A stretch of 60,993 bases of DNA, from assembly GCA_023301545.1 (NCBI GenBank), contig JALZUI010000040.1, forward strand, positions 1 to 60,993. The letters are read 5' to 3'. This DNA is from Akkermansiaceae bacterium (GTDB lineage: Bacteria > Verrucomicrobiota > Verrucomicrobiia > Verrucomicrobiales > Akkermansiaceae). The notes below the pieces were generated by a model that was given only the letters and a program-made list of their open reading frames with translations, was not told where the DNA came from and made no database searches. A program made the position numbers and the translations under genes. How positions within the stretch are numbered: position 1 is the stretch's first letter; the number at the start of each line of letters is the position of its first letter. Positions 8,449 through 18,259 of this stretch are shown here, in pieces.

Positions 8449-8633
8449 AGCGTACCCGTATCAATTACACTATCGGCGATGGGCGATAAAGCTTTTTTAT
8501 TCCAGCGATTAAGAGGTCTTCTTATTGTATAAATGAAAAGAAATGATTATTTAGTTTATATTTATTGGTTCTGTGTTATCTTAATAATGTTCAGCAGAGA
8601 GTGGCTCTGCTATTAAAACGAACAATATAAAAT

Positions 8634-9236
8634 ATGCAAATAGCTAACGAAACCCCAACATTGACCCTGACCGTAAGAAACGAAACCGTTACCGAGGCAC
8701 TACGTGACTTTGTACAAAAAAAAGTCGCATCACTAGAGTTTGATTACCCCAAGATAATTGAGGCCAAAGTCGTTCTGGATGTGAGGAAGGGGGCTCAGTT
8801 GGCGGAAGTTATTCTCTATTGCGCTAATCATATTACCATCGATGCCAGTTCAACTACGGATGACATGTACACGAGCATCAATGAGACCTTTTCTAAAATC
8901 GCACGACGGATGCGGAAGCAAAAAACGCGCCTTCTCCGAAAACAAAAAAGCCCCAAAGGGAGAAAAGAGCATAGCATCCGCTATCTTGATGAAAAAGTCT
9001 TTAATGAGCTAGCGCTGGATCACCCAGGGGAGGCGGAGAACGATCCTGAACCAGTGATTGTGCACAAGGAAAACTATAAGCTAAAAACGCTCCTTAAGGA
9101 AGATGCCCTGATGGAGCTAGAACTCAGTGATAAGCCGTTTCTACTCTTTAAAAACGCGCGCCGTGGAGTCCTGCAGATTGTTTATCGTCGTACCGATGGC
9201 GAATTTGCGATTGTCCCTGTTCCTGAGGATCATTGA
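8634..9236 (+). CDS. hpf: Ribosome hibernation promoting factor, long form
   Basis: S30AE/RaiA N-terminal domain plus the C-terminal dimerisation domain (KPFLLFKNARRGVLQIVYRRTDGEFAIV). Confidence 0.88.
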   Translation: MQIANETPTLTLTVRNETVTEALRDFVQKKVASLEFDYPKIIEAKVVLDVRKGAQLAEVILYCANHITIDASSTTDDMYTSINETFSKIARRMRKQKTRLLRKQKSPKGRKEHSIRYLDEKVFNELALDHPGEAENDPEPVIVHKENYKLKTLLKEDALMELELSDKPFLLFKNARRGVLQIVYRRTDGEFAIVPVPEDH

Positions 9237-9337
9237 TCATAGCGAATAAAGTGATCTCGAGCCTAGCTAGTGTTAGGCTCGATTTACGAAAGAGTTCCCT
9301 TTACTCCTAAAGTCGTGTCGCTTAAGATATCTTAATT

Positions 9338-10306
9338 ATGTTGAAGCAAAAGATTCGTGAAGTCTCCTCATTGACCGTTGGTGAATTCTATAATCGTCAT
9401 AAGGACGCCCTCGACCTAGTTTTAGTAGGTGGGGAAGTAGGGTTTAATAAGAAGATTAAGGAACCAGCCCCGAACCGACCGGGCTTGGCGTTATCTGGTT
9501 TTTTGACATATTTTGCACCTAAGCGGGCTCAGGTTATTGGGAATTCAGAGGTGACCTACTTAGTACAGCTCGATCCTGAGGTGAGAAAACAGCGCCTTAG
9601 AGATCTCTGTGCGGAAGGAATTCCATGCCTAGTTATCGCCCGTAATCGTCGCGTGCCACAAGATATTCTAGAGGTGTGTGCAGAATGTAAGGTGGCGGTC
9701 TTTAAGACCCCGCTATTGACGATGAAGTGTCTGAACCGCATGACCTACTTGTTGGAGAAAGATTTTGCTAAAGCGACCTCATTGCATGGCTGTATGCTGG
9801 ATTATCGCGGAATAGGAGTCTTGATTGTAGGTAAAAGTGGCTCTGGTAAAAGTGAGACCGCCCTGGGTCTCCTAGAACGTGGTGCGGCTCTAGTCGCTGA
9901 TGATTTGGTACGAGTGAAGCAATTAGGCAAAGAGCTTCACACGGAATGCGCTACCATTGCACAAGGCTTTATCGAGATGCGAGGGATCGGGATTATTAAT
10001 GTTTCTAACCTCTATGGCTTGGGCGCGATTCGCCCTGAGAAACGGTTAGACCTAGTTGTAGAGCTCAAGCCTGCTAGTGAACTCAATAACGTCGACCGTC
10101 TAGGAATGAGTCGTAAGACGGTGACCGTCATCGACCAGGAAGTTCCTTTGATAGAAATCCCAGTAGCAGCTGGGCGTGACACGGCGCGTCTAGTGGCGGT
10201 GGCCTGTCTAGATATGCAGTTGCGTAAGCTGGGCTACGATATGGCGAGCGAGTTTAATGACCGCCTTTTGGCTAAAATGGATCCGCAAGTTCCGCCTAGC
10301 TTTTGA
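9338..10306 (+). CDS. hprK: HPr kinase/phosphorylase
   Basis: Walker A GVLIVGKSGSGKSETALGLLERG, then LVADD and IEMRGIGIINV. Confidence 0.9.
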   Translation: MLKQKIREVSSLTVGEFYNRHKDALDLVLVGGEVGFNKKIKEPAPNRPGLALSGFLTYFAPKRAQVIGNSEVTYLVQLDPEVRKQRLRDLCAEGIPCLVIARNRRVPQDILEVCAECKVAVFKTPLLTMKCLNRMTYLLEKDFAKATSLHGCMLDYRGIGVLIVGKSGSGKSETALGLLERGAALVADDLVRVKQLGKELHTECATIAQGFIEMRGIGIINVSNLYGLGAIRPEKRLDLVVELKPASELNNVDRLGMSRKTVTVIDQEVPLIEIPVAAGRDTARLVAVACLDMQLRKLGYDMASEFNDRLLAKMDPQVPPSF

Positions 10307-10328
10307 GCGTCCCGCAATTAAGCGAAAA

Positions 10329-11837
10329 TCACCCCTTGAGTGCGGATTCGATCGTATCAACGAAGGTTGGGATCGTGCTCTGGGTGGCTTCTAAGTGTGG
10401 TTTATGACCTAGTTTTTCTAGGGCCTGAGAAGTGATTGGTCCGATGCTGGCGATTTGGCAATCAGCTGGGATATCAGGGTTCATCGCAAAGAAATTCTCA
10501 GCGGTGGAGGCACTTGTAAAGGAGATGAGGTCTGCGCCTTCCTTTTGGAAGCGAGCAAAGTTACCCGTGGGGTCTTCGGTCTCGGGGATACTTTGGTAAG
10601 CAACACAGATATCAACGATGGCGCCTTGTTCCATGAGTCCTTCGGAAACGACTTCGCGTGATTCCTTAGCTTTGACCCAGAGGATGGTTTGGTTCTCGAT
10701 CTGGTGATTGGTGAATTCCTCGACCAGTCCTTCAGCGACATACTTCTTAGGGAGGAGGTCGGTGCCCAGGTGGTATTCGCTAATAGCGTCTCGTGTACCT
10801 GGACCAATAGCGGCGATTTTGACGCCTCCGATGGAGCGGGCGTCTGTGTATTCCTCAAAAAATTGCTTAAAGAAGCGGTGCACTCCGTTCGGGCTGGTGA
10901 AGATGAGCCAGTCGTATTTATGGACATCGGTGACGAATTCCTTGAACTGGTCAAGATTGTCAGGCTCGGTGATTTTGATGGTTGGGATTTCGATCACATC
11001 GGCTCCGAGAGCTCCGAGGCGCTTGCTCATTTGGCCTGCTTGCTGGCGAGTTCTGGTCGTGACGACTCGCTTGCCAAGGAGGGGGCGTGATTCCTCGAAC
11101 CAGTTGATTTTCTCCCGCTCATTCACGACTTCACCAACAACGGCTACGGCAGGCGATTTGAATCCAGTGTCGATGACCTTCTGTCCGATATCAGAGAGCG
11201 TTCCTGTGATTGTTTTCTGACGACCTGTGGTAGCCCAACGGGTGAGGGCGATCGGAGTCTGCGGGTCGGCTCCTTCCTTGATGAGGGTGGAGCTGATCTC
11301 AGTCATGCGTTTTACGCCCATGAGGAAGACTTTCGTTCCGGGGGTTTTGGCAAGCTGGGCGTAGTCGAGGCTGGTTTCGCCCTTGGTTGGATCCTCGTGC
11401 CCAGTAAAGAGGGTGAGCATGGAGCAGTGATCCCGATGAGTAACAGGGATGCCTGCGTAACAGGGGCCTGCGATGGCCGAGGAAATGCCAGGAACGATTT
11501 CGTAAGGCACTCCTGCTTCGGCGAGTTCGGCGGCTTCTTCGCCACCGCGACCAAAGATCATGGGGTCGCCTCCTTTGAGACGGACAACGGTTTTCCCTTC
11601 TTTAGCGAGACGGACGATGAGGTCGTTGGTTTCCTCTTGCTTGAGGATATGCTTTTCTGCCCGTTTGCCGGCGTTGATTTTTTGGCAATGGTCGGGAACC
11701 CAGGAGAGGAGTTCGGGATTAGCGAGGGCGTCATAGACGAGCACGTCGGCTTCTTCGAGACAGGCCTTGGCCTTGAGTGTGACGAGTCCAATGTCGCCAG
11801 GTCCGGCGCCTACGAGGTAGCATATTCCTGTTTTCAT
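10329..11837 (-). CDS. cobA: Uroporphyrinogen-III C-methyltransferase / uroporphyrinogen-III synthase fusion
   Basis: N-terminal SUMT domain (YLVGAGPGDIGLVTLKA, VVRLKGGDPMIFGRGGEE). The C-terminal ~250 aa is HemD-like. Lies in an operon with hemC. Confidence 0.88.
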   Translation of the reverse strand: MKTGICYLVGAGPGDIGLVTLKAKACLEEADVLVYDALANPELLSWVPDHCQKINAGKRAEKHILKQEETNDLIVRLAKEGKTVVRLKGGDPMIFGRGGEEAAELAEAGVPYEIVPGISSAIAGPCYAGIPVTHRDHCSMLTLFTGHEDPTKGETSLDYAQLAKTPGTKVFLMGVKRMTEISSTLIKEGADPQTPIALTRWATTGRQKTITGTLSDIGQKVIDTGFKSPAVAVVGEVVNEREKINWFEESRPLLGKRVVTTRTRQQAGQMSKRLGALGADVIEIPTIKITEPDNLDQFKEFVTDVHKYDWLIFTSPNGVHRFFKQFFEEYTDARSIGGVKIAAIGPGTRDAISEYHLGTDLLPKKYVAEGLVEEFTNHQIENQTILWVKAKESREVVSEGLMEQGAIVDICVAYQSIPETEDPTGNFARFQKEGADLISFTSASTAENFFAMNPDIPADCQIASIGPITSQALEKLGHKPHLEATQSTIPTFVDTIESALKG

Positions 11838-11846
11838 AAGGGAGAG

Positions 11847-12095
11847 TTAGTTAGTGGGTGAAGAAGGTTTGTCTCTAAAGTTAATGAGCGCACAAATAGG
11901 GAGAATGACGGGGATTAAAATGGAGAGAGTAATCCAAACGGGGACTTCTACCCCTTTTCCGTTTTTCAGGATACGGCGAATAGCAAAAAATGCTAATGCT
12001 ATTAGGATGACGGAATTAATGATTTGAGCTATTAAAAAAGCGGAGTTTAGCCCGAATTGGTTACTTAATTCGGCAACGGCGAGGAGTGTATTCAT
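11847..12095 (-). CDS. Small two-TM membrane protein, PLDc_N-like
   Basis: 82 aa. C-terminal motif VWITLSILIPVILPICALINFRDKP. Paralogous to the adjacent ORF. 4-nt stop/start overlap with the ORF upstream of it. Confidence 0.55.
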   Translation of the reverse strand: MNTLLAVAELSNQFGLNSAFLIAQIINSVILIALAFFAIRRILKNGKGVEVPVWITLSILIPVILPICALINFRDKPSSPTN

Positions 12096-12322
12096 AGTTC
12101 AGGTTTATCTCGGAAATAGAAGAGAGCGGTGGCAGGGCAGATGATAGGGATAAGGAGAAACCCTACGATCCAAAGGACGAGTTCTTTGCCTTGGCTACGC
12201 TTAAGGGCGAGACGGAGGGCGGCAACCATCATGACGATGGAGATTATAGGGATGAGCAGGAGGGCTGCCAACAAAGGGAGAGGCAGAGTATCGGCCTGAA
12301 TGGAGGAAGTGAAAGGAGTCAT
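12092..12322 (-). CDS. Small two-TM membrane protein, PLDc_N-like (paralogue)
   Basis: 76 aa. Motif LWIVGFLLIPIICPATALFYFRDKP. 4-nt overlaps with both hemC (12319-12322) and the next small ORF (12092-12095). Confidence 0.55.
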   Translation of the reverse strand: MTPFTSSIQADTLPLPLLAALLLIPIISIVMMVAALRLALKRSQGKELVLWIVGFLLIPIICPATALFYFRDKPEL

Positions 12323-13260
12323 GATACCTTTAAGGCGGTTACGAGTTCTTCTGCTAATTTAGCAGGGTCGTTATGGTTGGCGGTGGCGATGAAGGGCGTT
12401 GGGTTTTTGGGTTCCCAGTAGCGCGCTTCGGCTTCGATCGCCCCGGAGTCGGTGACGGAGGCCATGATGGAGACAGGCATGTCACAGGTGGCCCCGAGCT
12501 TGTGCATGAAGGCGCGTTCGGCGGCGCATTCAAGCTTTGTCTGTGGGCAGTTGAGGGCGTCGAGCGTTTCCGCGAGTTCGGCCTCATGCTTAGTAAGGCA
12601 TTCGATGGCGATTACCCCTTGGCCCCCAGGAGGGAGGAATTCCTCTGTACTGAGTCGGTGAAGGTAGAGGGGAACACCTTCATCAAGAGTGAGGATCCCA
12701 TCGACAGGGTATTCTAGGCGCTCTAATCCAGCAGCGGCGAGCATGGTAGCGTCGATTTCGGGGTTTTCGGCTGTTTTCTTAAGGCGAGTGGGGACATTTC
12801 CTCGGAACTCGATGATATTAAGATCCGGGCGGAGGGTCTTGAGCTGGCATTGGCGGCGAACTCCTCCTGTTGCGACGGTTGCGCCTTGAGGAAGCCCCGC
12901 GATTCCATCGGGGTGTTTGGAGACGAGGACGTCTTCACGTGCGGCGCGGGGGAGGAAGGTAGGGAGCGCAAAACCATCATTCATGGTGCTAGGCATATCC
13001 TTCAGGCTGTGGACGGCGAGGTGCACGCGTTCCTGCTCTAGCGCTTCTTCGAGCTCTTTGATAAAGATGCCACGCTGGACTTTTGCTTTCTCGGACACCT
13101 TTGAAAGCGCGGTCTTGCGATCCTTGTCACCGATGGTTTTAATGATCTCGATTTTGGTTTCGAGGTCCGGATGCGCGTCGGCCAAGAGTCGTTGCACGAG
13201 GTGTGCCTGGTAGAGCGCGAGGGCGCTACCACGAGTGCCAATAATGAGCGGTGAGATCAT
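12319..13260 (-). CDS. hemC: Hydroxymethylbilane synthase (porphobilinogen deaminase)
   Basis: N-terminus IIGTRGSALALYQA. Also HSLKDMP and RGNVPTRL. Confidence 0.92.
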   Translation of the reverse strand: MISPLIIGTRGSALALYQAHLVQRLLADAHPDLETKIEIIKTIGDKDRKTALSKVSEKAKVQRGIFIKELEEALEQERVHLAVHSLKDMPSTMNDGFALPTFLPRAAREDVLVSKHPDGIAGLPQGATVATGGVRRQCQLKTLRPDLNIIEFRGNVPTRLKKTAENPEIDATMLAAAGLERLEYPVDGILTLDEGVPLYLHRLSTEEFLPPGGQGVIAIECLTKHEAELAETLDALNCPQTKLECAAERAFMHKLGATCDMPVSIMASVTDSGAIEAEARYWEPKNPTPFIATANHNDPAKLAEELVTALKVS

Positions 13261-13294
13261 ACGTGGGGAAAGGTCTATCAGATTCTATCCCAAA

Positions 13295-14443
13295 TCAAGC
13301 GTTTTTACAGAGAGCTTCGACCAATTTTTGGAAGTAAGCGCCACCGCCTTCTAAGTCCTCGACTGTGATAAATTCGTCCTCTGTATGAGCCTGCGCAATA
13401 TTGCCGGGGCCGAGGCAGACGGAAGGGAGGTTAGCGGCATTGAGGTGGGAGGCGTCTGAGAACCAAGGAGCGCCTACGCAGCGGGAGTCAGGGTGGATGT
13501 CTTGGATGGCTGCGATCCATTGGTTGTCAGCGTTGACTTCCATGGGCGGGTTTTCAGGTCGGTAGAGAAGTTCGATCTCGCGCTCGGCACAGAGCGCTTC
13601 AAGGAATTTCCCTGCCCCGCCTTCAGTCCAAAGTTCGGGAATGGTACGAATGTCGATGTCGAGCTCAGCATAATCTGCGACAACATTAGGACTAGTGCCT
13701 CCAGCAAAGGTTCCGAGGTTCCAAGTGGATTGCCCGAGGATGGGGTGGCTGGCACTGGAAAATTTTGCATTCATTTCTTCCATAAGCTCTTGGAAGTGGG
13801 CGAAGAGGTTTAGAATGGCATTGCTTCCGCGTTCGGGCTGCGAGGCGTGGACGGCTAGGCCTTTGGCGGAGAGCGTAGCCCAGAGGCAACCCTTGGTGCA
13901 GTTGACGATTTGGAGCGAGGTGGGCTCCCCCGCGATGGCGAACTCGTATTTGTTGGCGTGATTTTCCGCGAAGTGTTTTGCTCCGAGTTGCTGCGTTTCC
14001 TCACCCATGAATCCAACGAAGTCGATGGCGACAGGAGCGGAGGCGAGAAGGGCGGCGTTTTGCTTCAATCCCCAGAGCATAGAAGCCATCGTGCCTTTGG
14101 TGTCACTGGCGCCTCGCCCCCAAATTTTGCCCTCGCTGATCTGAGCTTCAAACGGAGGGATGGTCATCGTTTCGACTCCGACGGTATCGAGGTGAGGCCC
14201 GAACAAGATGCGAGGGCGGTCTTGTGGTCCAGGGGCGCGCGCGATGATGTTAGGGCGGCCGGGGCGGACTTCTTCTAGCGTGACATCAAAGCCTGATTCC
14301 TCCAGAAAAGGCTGAAGGGCCTGAGCGAGAGGAAGTTCTCCATAATGACCAGACGCAAGAGCCGCTTCACTTATCCCCTCAGGATTAATAGAAGGGATTT
14401 GAATGAGGGACTGGAGGAGTTCGGTAGCGGATTGAGGATTCAT
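13295..14443 (-). CDS. M20-family metallopeptidase (ArgE/DapE-like deacylase)
   Basis: LIQIPSINPEG, GPHLDTV, GRGASDTKG and GEET motifs. The ATG at 14443 is preferred because the longer ORF (to 14521) would overlap the upstream gene by 58 nt. Confidence 0.8.
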   Translation of the reverse strand: MNPQSATELLQSLIQIPSINPEGISEAALASGHYGELPLAQALQPFLEESGFDVTLEEVRPGRPNIIARAPGPQDRPRILFGPHLDTVGVETMTIPPFEAQISEGKIWGRGASDTKGTMASMLWGLKQNAALLASAPVAIDFVGFMGEETQQLGAKHFAENHANKYEFAIAGEPTSLQIVNCTKGCLWATLSAKGLAVHASQPERGSNAILNLFAHFQELMEEMNAKFSSASHPILGQSTWNLGTFAGGTSPNVVADYAELDIDIRTIPELWTEGGAGKFLEALCAEREIELLYRPENPPMEVNADNQWIAAIQDIHPDSRCVGAPWFSDASHLNAANLPSVCLGPGNIAQAHTEDEFITVEDLEGGGAYFQKLVEALCKNA

Positions 14444-14463
14444 GATGGATGGCTGAGAAAATA

Positions 14464-14976
14464 TTATTCCCCAGTAAGAGACGCGATTTCGTCGTGGAGG
14501 AATTGCTTTTGCTTGTTCCAACGCTTGGCCGGCATGATGCTGGATACGGCTTCCTTAATTTCCTCTAGGACGACGCGTTGAACTCCGTAGTTCTTAAGCT
14601 GAGTAATCTCTTGATTGAGGGATTGGAGGAGGGCGAGCTCGATCGGACACTCGATTGTATCAAGCATCTGGGTGACGGAGATCCGAACGTCGGGCGTATA
14701 GAACGGGAGGTGAGATTTAGCCTTTTGGAGTCCGACTTTACTAAGGAGCTTTTGGACGCGAAGGTATAGGTCTTCAATTTTAAGGAGGCTCCAGGGGCAA
14801 TCGTTTTGGAGGTAGTGTAAAAGGCCTTGATAGAGGTCCATTGCGACTTGCTCGTCACCCATTCCGGCCTTTTTTAATCCGTCGGAGAGGGCGCGATGGA
14901 GCCACTCGGTATCGTAGTCGGCGATCTGATGCGATCCGACTTGGAGAATAGGGAGTTTAGAGGCGAGGCAAATCAT
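14464..14976 (-). CDS. Hypothetical protein, co-transcribed with nrdR
   Basis: 170-aa ORF starting 4 nt after the nrdR stop. No family recognised. Confidence 0.5.
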   Translation of the reverse strand: MICLASKLPILQVGSHQIADYDTEWLHRALSDGLKKAGMGDEQVAMDLYQGLLHYLQNDCPWSLLKIEDLYLRVQKLLSKVGLQKAKSHLPFYTPDVRISVTQMLDTIECPIELALLQSLNQEITQLKNYGVQRVVLEEIKEAVSSIMPAKRWNKQKQFLHDEIASLTGE

Positions 14977-14980
14977 GAGC

Positions 14981-15466
14981 TTACTTAATTTGTTCTTCTA
15001 GTTGTCTGCGGTATGAGGGGTTCTCTAGGGATTGGATTTCCTTGATGAACTCCTTTACGTTATCGAATCGGCGATAGACGGAAACGTAGCGAATGTAGGC
15101 CACGTGATCGAGCTCATGGAGCTTACTCATGACGCGTAGACCGATCTTACGAACGGGGATCTCCATGTCATGATCACGGTGGATGTTGTTAATTATGGCG
15201 TCGACCGCTTTGTTAAGTTGATCAACGGAGACAGGGCGTTTTTCACAGGCTTTGACCATCCCTTGAAAGAGCTTTTCACGATTGAGGCTCTCGGATTTTC
15301 CGTTTTTCTTGATGACCTTTAGTTCTGTGCGTTCGACGTTTTCGTAGGTCGTGTAACGGTGGTCGCATTTTAAGCAGACACGCCGACGCCGGATGCTCGT
15401 CCCGTCCTTACTGATACGGGAGTCGATCACTTTGTCCTTTAGGTGTCCACATTCGATGCAACGCAT
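14981..15466 (-). CDS. nrdR: Transcriptional repressor NrdR
   Basis: MRCIECGHLKDKVIDSR...RRRRVCLKCDHRYTTYE zinc ribbon plus an ATP-cone. Confidence 0.92.
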   Translation of the reverse strand: MRCIECGHLKDKVIDSRISKDGTSIRRRRVCLKCDHRYTTYENVERTELKVIKKNGKSESLNREKLFQGMVKACEKRPVSVDQLNKAVDAIINNIHRDHDMEIPVRKIGLRVMSKLHELDHVAYIRYVSVYRRFDNVKEFIKEIQSLENPSYRRQLEEQIK

Positions 15467-15714
15467 AGGTAGTAGTGGATAGGGGTTTTTACGTAAAGAG
15501 GAGAGAGGAATTAAGAAATTTATCAGGAAGTTTAGCGAGAGGCGCTTTTCTAAAATTTTTCTAAGCTAATCGTGAGACTTATGGTTAGGAGCGGGCTTTT
15601 TTTGTATTTTTTAATTAAGAAATCCTGATTATCAAGTTCGATTGCAAGTTGGGAGCAGTAAACTAAGTTGCAAAAAGCTTGCATCAAGAGGCGGGCTTTT
15701 TGTATTGTTGACTG

Positions 15715-16560
15715 ATGAGTTTGGCGGTTGAAATCGATCAGTTGACGAAAGAGTTTCCGACCCCGTTTCGACGTGAAAAAATCGAAGCGGTCAAGGGGGT
15801 GTCTCTTTCGATCGAAGAAGGGCAGATCTACGGATTGATCGGGCCTAATGGGTCAGGGAAATCTACAACAATGAAGGCGCTTTTAGGGCTTTTGGCGCCA
15901 ACGTCAGGAACGTGCCGCATTTTTGGCCGTGATTCGGTGAAGGTAGATTCTCGCCAGGATGTAGGTTATGTGCCGGAAAACCCTTATTTTTACAAGCATT
16001 TGACGGGGGAAGAAACCTTGAAATTTTATGGGAAGCTCTGTGGGCTTTCGGGGGCGTTCTTAAAGGGGCGCATTACGGACTTACTGGAGCAAGTTTCCCT
16101 GACTCATGCGAGAAAGCAGAAGGTAGGAACGTATTCTAAAGGGATGTTGCAGCGGATCGGATTGGCCCAAGCGCTGATTCACGAGCCTCGGTTGTTAATC
16201 CTCGATGAACCTACTGCAGGGGTGGACCCCGTGGGATCCCGCGAAATTAGGGACCTGATCCTAGAACTGAAAGAGGCCGGCAAAACGGTTTTTCTTTGTT
16301 CGCACCTTTTGGAGCAAGTGCAGGCGATTTGTGATCGCGTAGGTATTATTTTCAATGGAGAGTTAAAGCGTGAAGGAACGCTAGAAGAGCTGATCACCCT
16401 GAAAGAGCAATTTGAGATTGTTGTTAAGGGTGACGCGGAGTCACAAGCCAAATTATTAGCAACAGCAGAAGAATTTAGAGGCTTAGAAGTTGTTTCAAGC
16501 GGTTCTCCTAAGACCTCGCTGGAGTCGCTCTTTATACAAATGTCAAAGGAGGAAAAATGA
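15715..16560 (+). CDS. ABC transporter ATP-binding protein (ABC-2 type)
   Basis: Walker A GLIGPNGSGKST, signature YSKGMLQR, Walker B LLILDEPT. Confidence 0.9.
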   Translation: MSLAVEIDQLTKEFPTPFRREKIEAVKGVSLSIEEGQIYGLIGPNGSGKSTTMKALLGLLAPTSGTCRIFGRDSVKVDSRQDVGYVPENPYFYKHLTGEETLKFYGKLCGLSGAFLKGRITDLLEQVSLTHARKQKVGTYSKGMLQRIGLAQALIHEPRLLILDEPTAGVDPVGSREIRDLILELKEAGKTVFLCSHLLEQVQAICDRVGIIFNGELKREGTLEELITLKEQFEIVVKGDAESQAKLLATAEEFRGLEVVSSGSPKTSLESLFIQMSKEEK

Positions 16561-17453
16561 TCGGATCACTAAAACGAATTTCTGTTATCGCCTCGCATAC
16601 GTTTACACAGTTAATGCGGATGAAGGTCTTTGGCTTTCTCGCGGTTTTTGCTGTTATTGTTATTGCGATTAAGTTTTTTGAACTCCCTACAGGGAATTCA
16701 CCACAAAAGGCCTCGCTAGAAGAGCTGAGAATGCTGAAAAGTACCGCGATGGGGACGATGGGGCTATTTGCGATCATTTTCGCAGTGGCTGCGACGGGTT
16801 TATTGCTGCCGAGAGATGTTGAGGACCGGACGCTCTATACGATCCTCTGTAAGCCCGTGCCTCGGATTGATTACCTGGCGGGTAAGTATCTGGGGGTTTT
16901 GATTATGATTTTTATAGCGCTGTTCTTGATGGATCTAGTTCTGATGGGGGTTTTACATACCCGTACAATGGGCGTGCTAGCGGAACATATGTTGATAGCT
17001 GAGAAGTCAGGATGGAGCGCAGAAGAGACAGCAGTGGAACGTGCTGAAGTACTCTCGCAAGGAGTTACCTGGAGCATGCAGGCGGGCGTTTTCGCGATTT
17101 TTCTGAAATCCATAGTGGTGGCAGGGGTGGCGTTGTTAATTTCGACCTTCTCTACCAGTACGCTTTTCACGATTATTATGGGCTTTCTGATCTACTTCAT
17201 CGGTCACTTCGCGGGAGAAGCGCGGGAGTTTTGGTTGAGCCAGCAAGGAGAGGTCGGAACGCTTGTGAAATATTCTTCGCATGTGATTTCTGTGCTCTTC
17301 CCTGATTTCAGGCTTTTTAACGTAATTGACGCGGCAGTAGCTGGAGAGACGATTCCTAAGGGGGTAATCTGGAAGTTGACAGGGATTAGTTCAATTTACG
17401 CTTCCGTGTATTTGATTCTTTCTTGGTTCACCTTTGCCAAAAAAGAGTTTTGA
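16557..17453 (+). CDS. ABC-2 family transporter permease
   Basis: 4-nt overlap with the ATPase gene. Multiple hydrophobic helices. Confidence 0.7.
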   Translation: MIGSLKRISVIASHTFTQLMRMKVFGFLAVFAVIVIAIKFFELPTGNSPQKASLEELRMLKSTAMGTMGLFAIIFAVAATGLLLPRDVEDRTLYTILCKPVPRIDYLAGKYLGVLIMIFIALFLMDLVLMGVLHTRTMGVLAEHMLIAEKSGWSAEETAVERAEVLSQGVTWSMQAGVFAIFLKSIVVAGVALLISTFSTSTLFTIIMGFLIYFIGHFAGEAREFWLSQQGEVGTLVKYSSHVISVLFPDFRLFNVIDAAVAGETIPKGVIWKLTGISSIYASVYLILSWFTFAKKEF

Positions 17454-17490
17454 GCATCGCTTATAGAACTGAACTCTACTTTCTCAAATT

Positions 17491-18255
17491 ATGCTTATTG
17501 TTATTTCCCCAGCTAAAACGCTCGATTTTGAAACCGCGCCTCCGACCTCGACTAGTACTCAGCCGGAGATGCTAAAGGATAGTGAATTACTGATCGAAAT
17601 ACTGCGGGAAAAATCCTCAGTAGATATTGAGAGGCTGATGAAGGTGAGTTCGAAAATTGCGGAGCTGAATGTGGCCCGTTACCACTCCTGGTCACAGCCG
17701 TTTACCGTTGATAACGCCAAACAGGCTGTTTTCGCATTTAAAGGCGACGTTTATACAGGGTTAGAGGCTGAGACGTTTTCGACCGAGGATTTAACCTACG
17801 CGCAGGATCATTTGCGGATTCTCTCTGGGCTCTATGGGGTCTTAAAGCCGCTCGATTTGATGCAGCCTTACCGATTAGAAATGGGAGTGAGATTAGCCAA
17901 TCCTGAGGGTGCGAATTTGTACAAGTTCTGGGGAAGCGTCATTACGGAAAAGCTCAATGAGCAACTGGGTGATAGTGAGCTTCTGCTAAACCTCGCTTCT
18001 AACGAGTACTTTAAATCCGTGCAGATAAAATCCCTGAACGCTAAAGTCGTTACGCCTGTTTTCAAGGATTGGAAAAATGGGGAGTACAAGTTGATTAGCT
18101 TCTATGCGAAAAAGGCTCGTGGAGCTATGTCAGCATGGGTGCTTAAAAATAAGGTGGACTGTCTAGAGGGGCTTACGCGCTTTGACTCCGATGGATATAA
18201 GTATAGCAAAGAGCTCTCTGATGAGCTGAACCCTGTGTATTTACGGAAACTATAA
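17491..18255 (+). CDS. yaaA: Peroxide stress protein YaaA (UPF0246)
   Basis: MLIVISPAKTLDF start, and ISFYAKKARG near the C-terminus. Confidence 0.88.
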   Translation: MLIVISPAKTLDFETAPPTSTSTQPEMLKDSELLIEILREKSSVDIERLMKVSSKIAELNVARYHSWSQPFTVDNAKQAVFAFKGDVYTGLEAETFSTEDLTYAQDHLRILSGLYGVLKPLDLMQPYRLEMGVRLANPEGANLYKFWGSVITEKLNEQLGDSELLLNLASNEYFKSVQIKSLNAKVVTPVFKDWKNGEYKLISFYAKKARGAMSAWVLKNKVDCLEGLTRFDSDGYKYSKELSDELNPVYLRKL

Positions 18256-18259
18256 AAAG

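Noticed and set aside
9257-9285. 8-bp inverted repeat (tcgagcct-N10-aggctcga) between hpf and hprK as a terminator
   Set aside because: The stem is perfect, but the loop is long and the downstream T-tract is weak (ttta). It may be an attenuator, but the support is too weak to list as a feature.
10455-11861. Several 68-170-aa ORFs on both strands inside the cobA/hemD gene
   Set aside because: All are out of frame or antisense to a full-length, motif-rich fusion enzyme, which is typical shadow-ORF behaviour.
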